DNA of 64,000 nucleotides from Gammaproteobacteria bacterium (GTDB lineage Bacteria; Pseudomonadota; Gammaproteobacteria; SZUA-229): NCBI GenBank assembly GCA_016744065.1, contig JADGFA010000002.1, positions 28,796 to 92,795 of the forward strand, read 5' to 3'. Shown piece by piece: positions 60,791 to 64,000 of this stretch (position 1 is its first letter; each line of letters starts with the position of its first letter). The notes under the pieces were generated by a model. It saw only the letters and a program-made list of their open reading frames with translations, ran no database searches and was not told where the DNA came from. The position numbers and the translations under genes were made by a program.

Positions 60791-61939
60791 ATGGACTTGC
60801 ATGATTACATAGCGGGAAAGTATAAACAGCAGTATGAGTATAAAAGCTTTTCCCCTGAATTGATAAATCATCAGTGGTTGATTTCAGATGGTGAAATTCA
60901 AAGCCTGTTAAGCGAGGCTGATCAAGCGCTTGGGCAACTCAATGCCTTTTCTCAGTTAATACCCAATGTTGAGTTCTTTATTCGTATGCACATTACTAAA
61001 GAAGCAACTTAATCCAGCCGTATTGAAGGTACACAAACCAATATGGAAGAAGCCTTATTGGAAGAGCAGGATATCGATCCAGAAAAAAGAGACGATTGGG
61101 CTGAAGTACAAAATTACATTGAAGCGATTAACTCAGCTATAACAAGCTTAGATAGCTTGCCACTATCAAACCGTTTATTAAAAGATACTCATGAAACGTT
61201 AATGCAAGGTGTGCGAGGTGAAGGAAAACTACCTGGTGAATTTCGTAGCAACCAAAACTGGATTGGCGTAAGCCTTAAAAATGCTGTGTTTGTACCGCCT
61301 CATCATGAAGAGCTGGCAGAGTTAATGAGTGACTTAGAGAAGTTCATGCACAATGATGAATTAAAGTTGCCTCATCTAATTAAAATAGCCATAGCACATT
61401 ATCAGTTTGAAACTATCCATCCCTTTCTTGATGGTAATGGTCGTTTAGGTCGTTTAATGATTGCGTTGTACTTTGCTGACTTTGAGTTATTGGATAAGCC
61501 TGCTCTATATTTGTCAGATTATTTTGAACGTAATAAAACAGAATATATAGATCGTTTAATGGCAGTAAGAGAATCTAATCAAATAAAGCAGTGGGTCATA
61601 TTCTTTTTACATGGCGTCCGTGAAACGGCGATGAGTTCAATACAGGTATTCAAAGATACATTGAAATTAAAAGAGCGCCTTGAACGAGAAGTGTTGCCTC
61701 ATTTTAGTACCAGACGACAGGAAAATGCACAGACATTGATGCAGTATTTATATAAATCACCAGTATTGAATATTAAAAGAGTATCCAGTTTGCTCGGCCT
61801 AAAGCCAAATACAGCAGCAACGTTAGTGGATGATTTTGTTAAATATGGGGTTTTAGTGGAGTTGACTGGTAGGCAACGAAACAGACTGTACTTATTTCAA
61901 GAATATTTCCTGATATTTAAAAGACAGGATGATGAGTAA
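60791..61939 (+). pseudogene. Fic-family protein with wHTH tail, interrupted by in-frame TAA at 61010-61012
   Basis: KEAT*SSRIEGTQT stays in frame; HPFLDGNGRLGR motif; ELTGRQRNRLY tail. Confidence 0.85.
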
Positions 61940-62053
61940 AGTGCAAATCAGTAGCTTCATGCCGTAAACCATGAAATCTCAGGTCCTCAATATCAGCTAA
62001 TTTACAAACACGGCCAAGTACCTGAGTGGTAGAATCTGATTGTATAGAAGAAA

Positions 62054-62094
62054 CATCGCAAGTAATCTGCCGAGGAAAAAATTCGATGGTTCTG
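62054..62094 (+). mobile_element. Tiny IS3-family OrfA-like remnant
   Basis: Reads HRK*SAEEKIR, like the RKYSAEEKIRIVL OrfA N-terminus. Confidence 0.4.
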
Positions 62095-62139
62095 TTTGAG
62101 AGAAAAAGGTCCTGTATGTATGAATATTTACTCGATTAG

Positions 62140-62919
62140 TTAATTGGTTTTCTCTAATACCAAATCTTGGATATCAAGAGCGCTAGCATTAACACCTAAG
62201 TTCTTTTGCATAGATGTATCTTGATATTTAATCACTACACTATTCATTATCAAATCAATAAATTCCTGTCCATATTTATGATGAAAATCTCTTATGCTAA
62301 TACTAGACGATCTCATCATAGAAAATGAAAGCTCAATATAGTGCTGTGAGGTTAGTGGCGTGACATAAGACATGGTGCTTTCAGTCGTGTTTATGGTGCC
62401 GTAGTTGTAACGAATCCAGCGTTGTTGGTTATATGTCTCATCAAAAAAAGATTCGTATGTTTCAGGGTGTGCTATTTGAAAATCGGGTTCCGTTGTTTTA
62501 TTGAATTCGGTTTGGGTTTCCTGCAAACCTTTAAGTATGTCGGTTAGTAAATCGAATCTATTTTTATATTCAGATTTTGCTTTATTGATATTAATAGAGA
62601 GCATAATGGTGCCCATTTCTTTTGTGGAAAAGAAAGTGGACTCTGAAAAATCCCACCAGCGCCTTAATAATAATGCCTTGTTGTTTTTTTCAAATAAAGT
62701 GCTGCTACCAAAGTCAACTTGAGTGACTAAATCATCAGCGGGAAAGTCAGGGCTGAAATTTTCAGGCATACTAAATAGTAATTTAGAATTGGAAAATTCA
62801 ATTTCCCTTGGTTTTAATTCACTGTTGTCGAGTGTCGCAGAAGTTAGTGATGTAGCTTTAGAAAATAAACCAAACATAATGGCACCAAAAATTAAGATTA
62901 ACAGGGTTTTTAATATCAT
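62140..62919 (-). CDS. Exported or membrane-anchored protein, candidate immunity protein
   Basis: N-terminal hydrophobic segment; ATGA overlap with upstream hydrolase-like gene. Confidence 0.65.
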   Translation of the reverse strand: MILKTLLILIFGAIMFGLFSKATSLTSATLDNSELKPREIEFSNSKLLFSMPENFSPDFPADDLVTQVDFGSSTLFEKNNKALLLRRWWDFSESTFFSTKEMGTIMLSININKAKSEYKNRFDLLTDILKGLQETQTEFNKTTEPDFQIAHPETYESFFDETYNQQRWIRYNYGTINTTESTMSYVTPLTSQHYIELSFSMMRSSSISIRDFHHKYGQEFIDLIMNSVVIKYQDTSMQKNLGVNASALDIQDLVLEKTN

Positions 62920-63998
62920 TTTAAATTGTTTGCAATGGCTTTAAACTGATTCTGAATTTTACTGGCTCCTTTTCCTGGGCCAGTATCCATGTTTTTGTTC
63001 CAGTTATCCATTCCTTCATAAGGTAAAGTGTGAGGGCTTTGCTGCACTGAGCCGCCCGTGACATGGTTAAAGTAAACAATAGAGCCGATGATGTTTCTGA
63101 AACCTCCGCCATTTAAACCAGCAATGTTATGCACAGGGTCGTAAGGGTGTGAGTTATAACCAAGCACTTTTACGCCAGCTCGTTCAAATAAAATTTTAGA
63201 GCGTTTTTCATTGTTAGCATTTCCGTGAAAGGTGACACTGTGTTTGTCTAATACCTGACCTTTGTTTTTGCTAAAGGCACCATTAAAACCACCAAGTATT
63301 GCCCAGCTGCTTTCATCATTTAATATATATCGCACTGCTTCAGAAAAAATAACAGCTCCCTGGCTATGGGCAACCCATTTGGTTTCGTTGCCCGCTGATT
63401 GTGATGTTAATAATGCTTTAGAAAAGCCTTTAGTTACTGGCGTGGTAAAGCCGAGTTTGTCTTTAAATGATTCCCAGGTGTCACCGGCTGTTGATGTGCT
63501 GGGGTTATGGTACAAAGTAAACTCTTTGATTTCTCCATATGCATTATTTAAATGCAAACCCATTAACCAGATGGCCTTGTCTAAGGTGTTTGATTGCCCA
63601 TTAACAGCAGCATGATTTGTAGAAACATCATTAACTTTACCTTTGTTTTTCCAGTGTCCATTGCCGTCTTTGGCGACTTTATATAAAGCGGGTTTTTCTA
63701 GTTGGGCACGCATTTTTGCGATAGAGTCATTTACCTGAATATTAAATACATGTACCTGACCACTAATTAATTTATACATAATTGTATGATCGTTTGTTTT
63801 TATCATGCGTGTATCAATAGAGCCTTTTTTTGCGAATCCATTTTCTAGGGGGCGTGGTATAGATCTTAATTGGTTTAGTGTTTTTGATAGTAAGAAGAAG
63901 TTGGCTTCTTTTGTCTCAAGGGTTAATACATGTTGTGCATAGCCAGATAGGTAGACTTTGTAACCAGATTCTGGGTTTTGGGTAAGGTGAGATGCCTT
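62916..63998 (-). CDS. Alpha/beta-hydrolase (lipase-like) protein with RelE-like N-terminal segment; 5' end beyond window
   Basis: Frame open to the window edge; WVAHSQG nucleophile elbow, YDPV, SPH. Confidence 0.65.
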   Translation of the reverse strand, partial: KASHLTQNPESGYKVYLSGYAQHVLTLETKEANFFLLSKTLNQLRSIPRPLENGFAKKGSIDTRMIKTNDHTIMYKLISGQVHVFNIQVNDSIAKMRAQLEKPALYKVAKDGNGHWKNKGKVNDVSTNHAAVNGQSNTLDKAIWLMGLHLNNAYGEIKEFTLYHNPSTSTAGDTWESFKDKLGFTTPVTKGFSKALLTSQSAGNETKWVAHSQGAVIFSEAVRYILNDESSWAILGGFNGAFSKNKGQVLDKHSVTFHGNANNEKRSKILFERAGVKVLGYNSHPYDPVHNIAGLNGGGFRNIIGSIVYFNHVTGGSVQQSPHTLPYEGMDNWNKNMDTGPGKGASKIQNQFKAIANNLK

Positions 63999-64000
63999 GA

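Noticed and set aside
61010-61012. Programmed recoding (Sec/Pyl) of the stop in fic
   Set aside because: The codon is TAA, not TGA or TAG, and other genes here end normally at TAA
1-64000. CRISPR array, rRNA, integron cassette array, intact integrase or transposase
   Set aside because: No regularly spaced repeats or such genes recognised by eye

Overview
AT-rich chromosomal window from a Gammaproteobacterium, probably a sulfur oxidiser (inferred from TusE/DsrC-, DsrE-, SoxH-like, rhodanese and DUF302/cytochrome c genes). The backbone is housekeeping: glmU end, uup, argH-algZ-algR-(inserted TonB receptor)-hemCDXY, ubiD, tRNA-Val/tRNA-Asp, pyk, putA, hrpA. Most interesting is 40.3-48.4 kb. A Slam/T11SS-like outer-membrane protein, a small secreted protein with a LapG-type PAAG motif and a VPLPA-CTERM protein (the latter two behind a sigma54/IHF-like promoter) sit divergent from a LapG-like cysteine protease and a membrane dCache-PAS-HD-GYP protein whose catalytic residues are lost, followed by an ExeA-like ATPase. 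This suggests a c-di-GMP-gated proteolytic release switch on a non-T1SS export route (inference). Also seen: a decayed ~4 kb islet at tRNA-Asp with a degenerate duplicate of the tRNA 3' end, a poly-T frameshift at an antiporter start, a nonsense-disrupted Fic gene, an IS3-like scar, and a RelE-like/alpha-beta-hydrolase fusion with a coupled candidate immunity gene. All calls are from motif reading and recalled family knowledge; no searches were run.
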